From positions 121,334,001 to 121,398,000 of the forward strand of contig OZ260661.1 in NCBI GenBank assembly GCA_965285935.1: DNA of 64,000 nt. Reading direction: 5' to 3'. Made by a program: the position numbers and the translations under genes. The notes below the pieces were generated by a model. That model was not told the origin of the DNA. It searched no databases and saw nothing but the letters and a program-made list of their open reading frames with translations. This document shows, piece by piece, positions 12,149-24,824 of this stretch; within the stretch, counting starts at the first letter, position 1; every line of letters begins with the position of its first letter. The stretch is from Ophelia neglecta (Eukaryota).

Positions 12149-14035
12149 CTGCAGGAGGGAGAAGGAGTAAAAGCCTGCTATTTATTCAGGCTTTTAAGCT
12201 GGCCAGAGAAAATGCTGACCTGCACTGCCCTCTTGCACTAGTCATGCCATATGCCAGGGATTTAGGAAGAAATCACAACAGTTTCTGGCTATGACACATC
12301 CCTCTCCAGAGGGAGCTTTGGCCTGTCAAGCCATCACTGCATCTTGGCCAAATGGACTGCCAGAGTAAATCTCCTTTAATTAAGGCAGCTGATATTAAGG
12401 GAGGTATAATGCATTTGATAGCTTTTCACCTAGCCTTGCCAGCAATCATAGCTTACAGATGTATGGTAGAGATAGCACAGGGCTGACCACTGGGGCTCAA
12501 CCCAGGTCTGTCTCCAGGAAGAAGCCATCTCGGAGAGGAGCCAGCCAGTCTCCTGATAATTACAGTCATTAAACCCTGGCTAATCAATAGCCCTCTATAC
12601 ACCCTGATGGCTGTCATTCACCCACCAAATCATTCTATTACCCGCTGAACTCATTACATCATCTTGTAGTACACTTTACTCCTATTTCCATATTCTACTC
12701 CTGGTAATATTCCATAAGGTTTCTCTTTGTGCTGTCTGTTGGTCTGTTCTGGCTCGGCTGCATTGCAGGCAACCCCAAAGTCATTATGTGAAGACCTCTA
12801 ATTACACAGAGCTTGCAATATTCTCTTCAAAGGCCCCTTGTGAGAAATACATTCTTAGATTTGCCAATCACTTTTCCTAGGTTGCTATGGCAACACAGGT
12901 ATTCTGCAGGAGCAGAGGATGATTTGGAAGGCTGGTTAAGTGAAAGGAAAGAAATAGGGCAATAGGGAAACAGGCCACAGCCAGTTATTGTCAACTCACT
13001 GCACAAACATTATGTGGAATGATTCAAACAAAATAGTGATGTAAGTAACATACACATGTACTGCACACAGGGTCCAAGAGGGCAGAAGCTTTGATCAAAT
13101 AGCTTGCTGGATGAATCATTATCGCATGTACATGTGTTTTGAACATGTGTTTTATTGGCTAAATTACAAGGCGCCATCTGCATGATATAGGCAGCACACA
13201 TATGCTACCTGTAATGACCATCACTGACTAAAAGGCAGGAAAAGGAAAAGATCAGGTGACAAAAAGAACCATACAACTCAGTATCAGTTTGACACAGCAT
13301 GCAATACAGGAATTACACAGCTATCTTTACTGATAAAAGAATGAATAAAAACACATTAATGAATGAAAGAGAGCGCTGACAATGCAAGATAGGGTTCCTT
13401 CAAATTGTACAATGTGGTAAATTCAATACAAAATTTACTTTGCACCTGGGAAAAAAACCTGGAAACCGATATGGACAAGTGATATCGGACATAAATCTCC
13501 CAAATGTGTCTGGGATCAGTTGTTCACATCAGCTAACAAGGCACACAGCAAAATTGAATTCACCAGTGACAAACACACTCAAAGATGTGTTCATTAACAT
13601 TTAAATCGGTGGTTAATGGGTGCATTCAGCCCCCTGTAGGCAGACATTAGCCAAGCATTGACTTTTGATAGAAATCCATGGGAATCATTCACAAACAATT
13701 GAAAGAGATGACAATGTTTGGAAGGCATCTGGCCGTTGGGGCCCTGACAAAGCGGGGGACGGCCATGGAGCCGTTGGCGCCCAGGCTTGGCGGCCAGGTT
13801 TGGCCGTGTTTGCTGAGCTGAGGACCATGTTGACCAATCAGCTGACCAAGGCAGGGTAGGGTAAACATGGGACTGGGCCTTACTTGACACTCTCCATGTC
13901 TATGACCATTAATGGTGCTCAGCTATCAATGGCATTATGTCATCACACAGACTCATAATGGTTAGTACACAAATGGCGAGTTTAAGACATTAGTCAAATG
14001 AGCCCTGTGAAAAAGATATATGACGTAAAGTGTAC

Positions 14036-14311
14036 CTGTTCATGGTGGCAATACAGGGGTGTGTCAGCAGTATCCTCTTCAAGTGAGGCCTGGCCACTGT
14101 GATCAGGAAGTGGACCAGGCTGTGGACCAGGCTGTGGACCAGGCTGTGGACCAGGCAATGGACTAGGCTGGGAACCAGACTGGGGACCAGACTGGGGACC
14201 AGGCTGTGGACGGTGTAGGGTATAGGGGGTGTCGGTGAGGTCCCCGTCCTCCTCCTGGCTTGGGTCCTCCTCGCTGGGACCCACTGTGTCTGACTCCTCC
14301 TCATCAGACAT
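14036..14311 (-). CDS. Probable alternative first coding exon, 92 aa, acidic then Pro/Gln/Gly-rich (MSDEEESDTVGPSEEDPSQEEDGD...PQPGPQPG...PLYCHHEQ)
   Basis: ATG with A at -3, in-frame TGA TAA upstream, composition typical of a disordered N-terminus, frame-preserving 12-bp repeat, donor CAG|GTACAC in phase 0. No homology recognised. Confidence 0.55.
14109..14210. repeat. 12-bp tandem repeat (tggaccaggctg), ~8 copies, encoding PQPG on the minus strand
   Basis: Directly visible. Confidence 0.92.
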
Positions 14312-15167
14312 ACTCCTTGGCACAGTCACTCCAATCCTCAAGGAGGTTTCTTATCACGAGCCTCCTACATTCTTATTCATCCCTCAACACAAATACTCTG
14401 CTCCTATACATGTATATCCATCTGTGTTCCCATGCTTGACTATCCAGTGATAGTTTAAGTCCAGCTATTCTCTGAGGCCTGTCCAGTGTGTAGACCTGTG
14501 ATCTTGTCAAGGCCCTGTGCAGAGAGCCCTGTAAGTCTGTGTGTTTGTACCAGAGTGGCCGCCAGCTGATATCTATATGACAACACACTGACACAGGTGA
14601 GATGCTAGTACTACACCGCTACATGTGAGTGCACTGGTCGCTCACCGCCAGCCAACCACATCTCAATGTGTCCTCCATTACCAGCCTGGCATCGCGCACT
14701 CCCCACCTCCAATGACAGTCTAATTTACCACTTCCCACCCTCAACTGGCTTCCTCATTGCTATATCCTATCATTGTAAACCTCCAAGGTATAAAAATAGG
14801 TGAGGGACCCTCCAAGACATCCTCTTGGTGGAGCTTTCCGTTAGAAATAGATCTCAGCTGCCAGGGGCTTCCTCTAAGCTACACTGGCATATTAGTCTGT
14901 CCATTGCCAAGTGTGCAGTGAGAACTGCAGACAACAAATGATGGTATTATCACCGAGAGCAGATTGGTCCTTGACAATAGGGTCCAGTGGAGTGTCCAGG
15001 TTCACTGGAGTGGCCATGCCAGGGGAGAGCCGGCTTGCCTGGTGACAACTCATTCTGTTCATAGAACAATTAACTGTGATGACAAGTTCTGGCAGGGCCC
15101 CTTCACGTCAGAGGCAGTGGTCTGCTGAGAGGCTAGGGAGACTGGCGGGCAGGGTGGCAGAGAGGGT

Positions 15168-15312
15168 GGCCACAAGCTACGACAGGTACAAGGTGTGAGG
15201 GCTCAAGAGCATGGTGTGTGGGGGACTAACAGTCTGTGAGGCTGGTAGGGAGCTAGTAGAGCTCAGGAGCCTGGTGTGTAGGGACCTTAGCCTGTGAGGC
15301 TAGGACAGGTAA
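15168..15312. repeat. Diverged local duplication (gctcaagagcatggtgtgtgggga / gctcaggagcctggtgtgtaggga)
   Basis: Two imperfect copies about 60 bp apart. Confidence 0.6.
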
Positions 15313-16319
15313 GAGGCTGTCTTATGTTGAAGCAGGGTGTAGCACTGGCCTAACTCGCTCAGATAAGTACCTGTCTATGATACAGGAAATAGTTTCTACT
15401 CAGGGCCATATACTATAACACACAAAGCCTCTTAGGCCTACACTCGATGAGAGACAGTTCTAATATTCCTACCACTCGGGAGACCACATTCAGTAAGTGA
15501 GAACAATTCATGTCTTAAGAGACAGATCAAATGCCTCCATGTATTGGTACCACTGGCAGTCACCTGACATTGTGGGTTCATTGGCAGTCTGTGGCAGGGA
15601 CTTGGGGCTGCTGCTGGTAGCTGTCAATATAAATGGTAGGCTTGAAATGATTAAAGCCATGTAATTGTGGGTGACACTCGATTGGAGGGTTCCCGGAGCC
15701 AGCCAGGACGGGAAGTGGTGTCATGCACACACAATCTGAGCAGAAGTGACATCCGTGACCCGATTGGATGGGCCTGCTTCTAGCACAAGGCTGTGGAATT
15801 TCATTTCTCCTGATATGACAAAGCTGACAATATTAACAGGACCCAGAGCTAGCTCGGTAGGGAGGGAGACATTATGGCCAGACTTATTGGACAGATATCC
15901 CTTTAAGCCCTGTTTTTACTAGGAATGTAATCCCTCCAATGATTATAGTCCCGTCAGGGTTTGAACCAGATATCAAATCAATTTCTGCCTGATGCTGGGG
16001 GGATCAAGGAAACTATTTCATTAGATAGATCTTCACCAGAACATCCCTGCAGATCCCAAGACTCGGTCTTAGAAGACGAGGGCCTACAGGCAAAACAATG
16101 TACCTATTTACTGTAAACATATAAAGGGGAATGTTAATCCAATAGAAGGGACCAAGACAGAGAGGTTCTTTTGACTTAGGGAGATTTTAGTTCATATATT
16201 TATAAGACCATACAGATTGTTAATAAAACTATGTCGTGAGTGACCAGCACCAAACCAAATCATTTATACCCACAACAATATTCCTATTTCAACATCTACT
16301 ACATCTACAATTTGACACA

Positions 16320-16800
16320 GCCAATCGCAGCGCTGTGAGCGGTACCACAACTCCACACACACCAAGAGTATTTGAGACAAATTCTCGTAGGACCAAATGA
16401 CAACACGGATGTTTACACGTCCCTCATTACATCTAGAAATGAGTTTGCCTCTTCAATCACCGGCCTGGCCTCCAAATATGCCGGCAAATACCCTGCATGG
16501 CTCTCTATCAATTATGCATACACCAGACCTCCTCACTTGTTTTTGCTGAGCCCTACTCGGTTGGTATCACCTCCCAGTGTTTGCGCTCCAATCAGGTCCT
16601 TCTTCCCTCTCCGTGACGGCCACCATTGCTGCACCGTTCACTGCTACCAAATGGGGCAAAATGTCCCAGGATTTTTGTCAGTAAGCGACATGCTGATGAA
16701 TAAATTACATTGATCAGCATGTGTTAAACGCCAATGATGTCTGTGATTATAAAATCTTAATGCAAGTCTGAAAACAATTCACGGGACAAATTGTTAAAAA
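16320..16800. promoter_or_regulatory. CpG-retaining island with CCAAT boxes, candidate internal promoter or enhancer
   Basis: 'agccaatcgc' at ~16319 and 'ccaatcagg' at ~16588; locally high CpG. Confidence 0.3.
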
Positions 16801-17787
16801 CTACTGAGTGTGGTTCAACTAAACACCACCCAGAGTATCTATGAATTCATGATCAAAGTGTAAGATTTTATAGAAAATTCTAATTTGCCCAGAAGGCTTC
16901 ACATATGGCTTACATATTAAAATTTAGATTTGTTATGAGAAAATAAAGCCTATGTAAGGAGACTTCCTTTTAACCTGTAATCACACTGATGATTTAAATG
17001 CCACTCTCTCACTCACATGCTGTTTATTGTAAGCAGGGAAAACCTGTTTATCTTAGCATTGTGGCATGACTGCCACACTGTCTCCTGGAAGGTAAGAGGC
17101 TAAAATACACAAGGCCACCTCCCAACAATAAAACATCATATGACAAGACCAGACACCACCATAATTACTTCTGACTTGGTCATTTGACTCGACAATGCTG
17201 CCAACATAAAACCAAATTAGTTTAATTTTGCGGTACATTGGTGTTGTTTGGCAGTTCTAATCAGGTATATAGCATATCAGGCTTCTCCTGGGATATTGTA
17301 CACTACGGTATAATAAATAGCCAGGTAGGCCACTGCTACTAATTCATTTTGTAATCTGACCCCTCCGTAGGTAGTAGTGAGGGTATCAAATCACCAGAGC
17401 CTGGTCTAGCCCAACTCAAGGTTCTCTCCAACACCTTACTACACAATGGCTGGGGCAAATTCACTAAAAAACACTCAGGTCCAGCTATCTAATTTTCAGG
17501 ACATTTTTTTAGACGACTATCTGCAGTCCTCTCAACTAACTCCACATGACTGTCACTTCACCTGAGTGCTGGTAGTAATATATATATATATAAGGACCCT
17601 GGACAGCTTGTTGTCAGTCTTTTGGTTCTTATAGTTATTTTTGTGTCTTCCAGTGGGCAAAAATCACACAATCATCGAGTAATTTCTAAGGGCCAAAAAC
17701 TTGTTTGAAATAAAGCTTGACATGACATTATAGAAGCTCACCTTCAGACATAAATTTGGCCCATTGACATCACTTTTGACTGGTAGA

Positions 17788-17847
17788 AGACCTGATAGGA
17801 GATCTGGTAGGAGGTCTGGTAGTAGGTCTGGTAGGATGTCTGGTAGC
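17788..17847. repeat. 12-bp tandem repeat (tctggtaggagg-like), ~5 copies
   Basis: Directly visible. Confidence 0.8.
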
Positions 17848-18117
17848 TAGGGTTTTGTACCTTAGCTAATTAATGTTGTAAGATGTAAGTTATAACTCAA
17901 TTGGTATGACTGTCTGTATATTAACAAGTTCCCACACTTATTATGTAAAGTACATGTAAAGCACACAGAGATCTACAGGTAGCTTATTAGCCAGTCGAGC
18001 TGGGTGTCTGCCCACTGAAGCTGGTGCCTTGTTTACCCTACGGCTACCTCCACACTATTAGGCAGGCCACCAGTCTGCCTGAAGGCAGGTCACACACATC
18101 AAACCAGACAAACTCAC

Positions 18118-18125
18118 CTGGACTC
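18118..18125 (-). other. Candidate 8-nt microexon GAGTCCAG
   Basis: Minus strand reads gctcat-ttttttgctattag|GAGTCCAG|gtgagt. Confidence 0.25.
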
Positions 18126-19668
18126 CTAATAGCAAAAAAATGAGCACTATCTTCACCTGATCATATTATACTAGATGTAATTAATTCTCATTAAATCAAG
18201 ACACAGTCAAATAATTCTGAGAAGGACCAGAGTAAGATGTTTAAACACCAGCCACCAGCTCTCAGGCTATAGACAGTCTCCGACAGACAGGACACTGCCA
18301 CACTGTATTATATTAATGACCAAAAAGTGAATGCTTGGAATTTTAATAGGTGTCATGTCATTAACATAGCTGTAGAGTGTTTAGCAGCAGCTGTGTATGT
18401 CACACCACCCACTTCTTGTCTACCTAACTTCTTATCTTTCTGGGCACAAAGTACTTACTTCATTATTTCTCCATTACAATGTTTTCAAGTTGGCTTAACA
18501 GAGCTAGATATTAAGTTCCAGCACAGACACTCAAAGCTCAGCTATTAAAGCCCATCTTTGTCCTGGCCAGGCAATGACAGGTGTGCAGTTTTTCAGCATA
18601 TATCTGGCACAGGAAGACCAGTAGGTTAGATAATATATTGACATACAAATTACAGAGTATTGCTTTACGGGATGCTAGGCTGACAGCCTGTTATACAGAC
18701 TAACAAGGCCTGATCATGATGAAGATCTACATGGTATACACAGTAACCTCAGCCTAACTAGCTTTACTACCACAGTCCTAGACAATGAATAACATCCAAA
18801 AACATCCTGGACTGGGGAGGATTAAAGCTACAATATCTTATTATTAACATCATTAAGGTGGATCCTTCACACACCAGTATAAATCTGGTATTGGACACAT
18901 ACTAATTACACCATCCAGCCTCCCTGGCAGATTTATTATATGCCACTAGAGTATAATATAGATGCCATTAGATATATAGTTAGCTACATAAGAAGTTATT
19001 GGCCCCAGGCCACCATACTGCATTTGAGATTCATTTTGATGAGCCAGTCCATATGGTTGTCAATGCCTATTTAGTCTCATTTCCACCTTGAGAGCATTTC
19101 CACATCTGACCTCTAATTACAAATCAATGTAATAGCCATACTACAACCCAGTGTATTGCACTGCCATGAGATGGCAGCACTGTGCCTCACAGGACCAGTT
19201 CACAGACTGGGATATTGATGGCAGAGTCTGCGTCTGTCAGAGCACAAAGAAACCTAAAGGAAGTCCGGTGCCCATTAAGCAGCCAAGTCCAGGAATCAAC
19301 AAAGCGTCCACGCCAGAAATCAACACAGCATTCTGACTAATCTTGGCAATTTCACCTGTCATGAACGGAAGCTGGGGAGATCTGGAGGCGCCAGTCGGGC
19401 GTCTGATCAAATGCCGAGCCAAGGATTCCCCTTACAGAGTTTCTTCCTGCCTGGGCCACATGGAGAATGGTCAAAGTCTCCAAGCCGGGAGTGAATCATG
19501 GTTAGGACAGTGTGGCAAGGAGTGATAAGCAGATCTGTAATGACTGCTGGAATCCCAGCCTCCCATCACTTCATTCACCAGCCCAGCTGTAGGCAATATG
19601 AGTAAATTTCTCCTTGATTTGTCTTCTCATCAGTCAGACATTAATCCAGGGGGTCACATACAAGGTTA

Positions 19669-20049
19669 GCTTGGGACCCTCACAGAACACACCATAGAAC
19701 TCAAACACCAGGTTAGCCTGGGACCCTCGCACAACAGGAAATAAAACTAACATACCCTCCTAGAACACAGTCTAGAACTCAAGAGCATGGGACCCTCCCA
19801 CAACAGGACATGGAACTAACATACCCTCCTACAACACAGCCTAGAACTCAGAGCCTGGGACCCTCCCACAACAGGACATAGAACTAACATACCCTCTACA
19901 ACACAGCCTAGAACTCAGAGCCTGGGACCCTCCCACAACAGGACATAGAACTAACATACCCTCTACAACACAGCCTAGAACTCAGAGCCTGGGACCCTCC
20001 CACAACAGGACAATACTAACATACCCTCCTAGAACACAGCCTAGAACTC
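19669..20049. repeat. Minisatellite, 67-bp unit, ~5 copies
   Basis: 'gagcctgggaccctcccacaacaggaca' at 19851, 19918 and 19985, with diverged upstream copies. Confidence 0.95.
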
Positions 20050-23000
20050 GGGCACAAAGTTGGCTTGGGATGGGGCTTCCTACAGCCCAGCCTTGAAAGC
20101 CCTCTTAAGCCTACAACACTGCAGACCTTTCTTCTCACTGATAATATGCTCACAGGGATTATGTATTTAAATACATGAGACCAGTCATCATCATGTCTTT
20201 GAGCACAGAGACAGTCTGACAATTTTGACATAGTTTCACCTGCACCACTCTGTCCTAACGAAGATTCAGGTGACATTTTTTTAGATGTGGGGCACACATT
20301 TGCATCCTCTTATGGCTCCATGGTTACTGTCTGGGTTGGAAGGGGTGAATACTTGTGGTGGGAAATGCTTATTGGAAAGATATTTTCATGATCTTGTTAT
20401 AATTACAGGAGACAGGCGAAGGTTGCTAAGGAGTGTTCAGATATTTATGCTGTATGATTTGGTTATATACCTGGAGGTACACTGCAGGTGGCGGCTGGTG
20501 ATTGTGGCACATATATTGTAATTCTTATAACATATTACTGGGTTATAGACTAGGAGGTGGGGGAGTCTGGTGAGAGGTGTGATCTTTCTATTACATGAGC
20601 TGTTTATAGCCTGGGAGCCAGGGGGAGGCTGGTGATAGTATATGTATCTATACCTACATATATTGTGTGCTTTATATTATATGAGCTGGTTAGTGTTGGG
20701 AAGGAGGTGGGAGGTAGGCACCTGATGAGGCCAGGGCTGATATAGGGTTAATGAGGCTACTAACACAAACATTGGTGTAATTAACCACAGCTAGGCCCAC
20801 CAGACTCAGGGATATCTACCAGCACTTGTACACTGCGATGTCCAGAATGGCTATACCTCCAGACCCTCCCAACAGAATCATTAAAGTCTGGAGATAGCAG
20901 AGCCATGCACAGGTGAACATCACTATTCTAGTAATTTATCACTATTCACTGGATGGTGTGTGCAAGGGGAGTTGTCTGCTAACAAATTTATATCAATGGC
21001 CATCTTCTCAGAGCTTCTAGTACTTTCAAAAGCAGTGTCAACAGCTTCACATAAACTTTTGTCAATAAGACATTTAATAATAACAACTGCTGATAACTTT
21101 ACGTGGTTGGTTGATTATAGAAAAAAATTGCACCTACTGGTGAAAGTTAGAGGCATGTCTGATAGAAGGGAGTCTGCAGGGGCCACAAATGTCACTCTGG
21201 TGGCAAATTAAGCCTCAATGTGACATGTAGTACTGGTGGGAGTATGTAAACTGACCTACCCTGGAAGAGTTAAAGAGAGAGCCATGGTAGAGAGGGATCT
21301 CTGAGAGTTGGGGAGAGTCATGTATGTGTATTAGCAATCAAACAAGGCCTTACCTTACATCAGCTCTCCAGCACTGGCTAATCCACACTTACATATAACC
21401 CACATTGGCCATACAGCTACCTGGGGGCTGTGATTTTCCAGTTTAGTTTACACTCTGGTTAGTACATGTACATGTAAGCAGCCCCCTGTCTGGTACTGCC
21501 ATACAAACCTAGCTATGTGGAGCAGAGATTATTTGGGCTGATTATCCATGGCTAATCAGATAGGGACTAATTGCTGGCTGAGATCATCTGGTGTCAATGA
21601 TGGTGCTGGCTGGCTGGCCACCCCAGGGCTGTGATCTTAGCAGTCTGGGTGGGGGCTCCACCCCAGGGGTTACCCTATATGTTATCCCTACCCCCTCCTG
21701 GGGTGTATATTTGTAAGCCAAGCCCAGAGCCTGAGAGGAGATTCTAGTGAGGCCTGTCTAATGATAATATTGGCTGGACATGTGAGCAGTCCAGTGTTAA
21801 TTGCTGATATCTAAAATGTCTGCAGGCAGGAGACAGATCAAGAAAGACAATGTTAACAAAGTAGTAATGTCTGCAGACAGCTCAGCAGGACCCCAGCAAA
21901 AACTACTAAGATGGAAGACCCCTGGCAGCTAATTATACAGACTTCCAGAATAATACACTGAAAATGGGACGACTGCTATGTATAATGTATTAATGGTTGT
22001 CCAGTAATTAAACAATGGGGAGTGATCATGTTTGCTAGTTAATTGCCATAAAATCCTGTCCCACTTGACATCCATACACCAGGTGTACTCACAACACATG
22101 TCACGGAATACCTGACACACAAACCTGAGAGCAGGGCACACGGGCTCCAGACAGACAGGCTGGGCTCAAGGGCCAGAATGAGCCTTACAAACAGACTGGA
22201 TTACCCACCTCCAGCCATCACACGCTCACACAGCCTCAGGTAGACACTCATGCTAATACAATGTTATCATTGAATGTAGAAAAATAACAGGCACGTCTTT
22301 GTTCTAACCATTCAGGAGTCTGTTGAAAAATACCAGTAAAGTGCAAAAAAAGTCAAAAGAGTAAACTCATCTGGCATGTGTGGAAAAGTACAAACAGTTA
22401 GATAAGCCAGAAATAATATGTCAGAAATATCATAAAAAATGGCAGAAAACTTGGGCCACTTACTATTTTTCTCATGGAAACAATTTCTAGTCAGAATTAC
22501 TTGCCACAAGCTGTTTGAGAGTAAGTATGAGGTATTGCCAAAATTCCTCCCAGGTCCATACGTCTGAGAAACATAAAGGGTACAAATGGAGGATTTACAA
22601 CCTGACCCAGTGGCCTCAGCCTTTGTTGGGGGTCTGTGCCAGTCCAATCACTTCCACAGGAAAAGTAAATTTCTGTCTCTGTCAGATATGAAGTGAACCC
22701 CTTTATTTATGGAGTTTTCTTAAGAAGAGTTTATGTTTTGTTTATGGAACTTTGTCCATGACTATGGATGTCTCTAGGATAATGAATTCTGATAAAAATT
22801 AGGACACACCAATTAGGAAGGATCCTGCAGAGAAAATGAGTGGGTCCCAGACAGAAATGACAGGGAGCTGAGTTGCATGCTGGGATCTGATTGATACTGG
22901 TTCTGTGCAGGAGTAACCTCTATTGTTATACTAATGGTATACTACACATTTGTAATATTTATCCTATTTAGATCAGTTGTTACTTGTTTTCCAGCAGAGC

Positions 23001-23276
23001 ACTTAAAATGTTCAGCCATTCAGTACCAAATCAATTGGAATAAATCTCACTAGTACAGAAGTAATTTATAGTCCAGTGCCTGTGATTGTTGCCCTCGTCT
23101 GCACATTGTTCACACCGGTGTTTCAATATGTATTTCCCTGGTTCAACATGTCCTCCACCTCCACTTCATCTCCGGTATGCCCAGCCATGTTCTACTTGTG
23201 ATTTGCAACCCAAAATAGCTGATTAATTCATTTGCTGATAGTTATTAGGTCTATCACAACATCTAACTCTGACTAT

Positions 23277-24031
23277 AGAGGGAAAACACACAGAAGGAGA
23301 CTGTCAGGAGACAATCTACAAGTACGCAGAGAAAACACACGGACAGAGACTGTCAGGAGACAATCTACAAGTACGCAGAGAAAACAAATGGACAGAGACT
23401 GTCAGGAGACAATCTACAGGTACAGAGAGAAAACACACAGAGGAGACTGGCAAGAGACAATCTACAGGTACAGAGAGAAAACACACAGACAGAGACTGTC
23501 AGGAGACAATCTACAGGTACAGAGAGAAAACACACAGACAGAGACTGTCAGGAGACAATCTACAAGTACGCAGAGAAAACACACAGACAGAGACTGTCAG
23601 GAGACAATCTACAGGTACAGAGAGAAAACAAACGGACAGAGACTGTCAGGAGACAATCTACAAGTACAGAGAGAAAACACACAGACAGAGACTGTCAGGA
23701 GACAATCTACAAGTATGCAGAGAAAACACACAGACAGAGACTGTCAGGAGACAATCTACAGGTACAGAGAGAAAATACACGGACAGAGACTGTCAGGAGA
23801 CAATCTACAGGTACAGAGAGAAAACACACAGACAGAGACTGTCAGGAGACAATCTACAGGTACAGAGAGAAAATACACAGACAGAGACTGTCAGGAGACA
23901 ATCTACAAGTACAGAGAAAACAAACGGACAGAGACTGTCAGGAGACAATCTACAGGTACAGAGAAAACACACTGGCAGGAGACAATCACAGCCAGAGACA
24001 ATCACAGCCAGAGACAATCACAGCCGGAGAT
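23277..24031. repeat. Minisatellite, 49-bp unit x~14, followed by a 16-bp derivative (gagacaatcacagcca) x3
   Basis: Unit is agagactgtcaggagacaatctacaggtacagagagaaaacacacagac. It explains the 294-aa ORF, whose 49-aa period equals three units. Confidence 0.97.
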
Positions 24032-24595
24032 AATCCACATTGCCCTCAACTCCTCCTTATGGAAAGTACAGTTCCGTCATCCCTTTTGCTTGCTTTTCTC
24101 TTATCACCAAGGCTAGGCTTCCTGGAAGTTGTCATGACAACCAAGATTACTAGCGGAACTGAGGGTTCAGGGTCATGCCATGTGCTGGGTAATTCAAATG
24201 TTTGCTTCCCAGTGAGATCATAGAAAAATATACATACACACCTTACAAACACCCATCAGGGCTAAACTCCAGAACAGCTGGAAGCAGTCAAACACTTGCA
24301 GTCAGTCTCTCTAATGTTCTAACTAGACTCACAGTCATGGAAATCACACCAAACAGTCCAGGAGTTTAAACGCAAGTGTGATTGAGAAACACAAATTATA
24401 CATGAATTGCTGTATAATTATGAAATATTAGGATGTTAGTGTAAATCTGTGTTGTGTTGATATTATCAGAACATGATATATTTCCCCGGTTGCCACGTGT
24501 CTTGTTACGTAGTTTAAACCATGATGGAGTATTGTTTGACATTGACCATGCCTAGTGGTGGTGTAGGGCCAGTGCCATGGGTGGCCAGGTACAAT

Positions 24596-24824
24596 AAACA
24601 CTGTGAGGGGTGCTGACTGGGGGCTGATAGGTAAGTCTGGGTTATATACTAAACCATGGCCCTCTTCAAGGGGGGGGGAGGAGGGAGTGAGGGGGGAGGG
24701 GACAAGAACCAGGGTACTAAAAACACTGTGAGGGGTGTTGACAGGGGGGTGCTAGTTATGTCTGGGATACATATACTAAACCACAACCTTCTTCAAGAGG
24801 GGAGGAGGGAGTGAGGGGGGGGGG
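24596..24824. repeat. G-rich tandem duplication, ~125 bp x2
   Basis: 'aaacactgtgaggggtg...tatactaaacca...cttcaag..ggaggagggagtgagggggg' occurs twice. Confidence 0.85.

Noticed and set aside
23232-24116. 294-aa plus-strand ORF
   Set aside because: It is a translation of the 49-bp minisatellite, starts at a non-ATG codon and has no domain.
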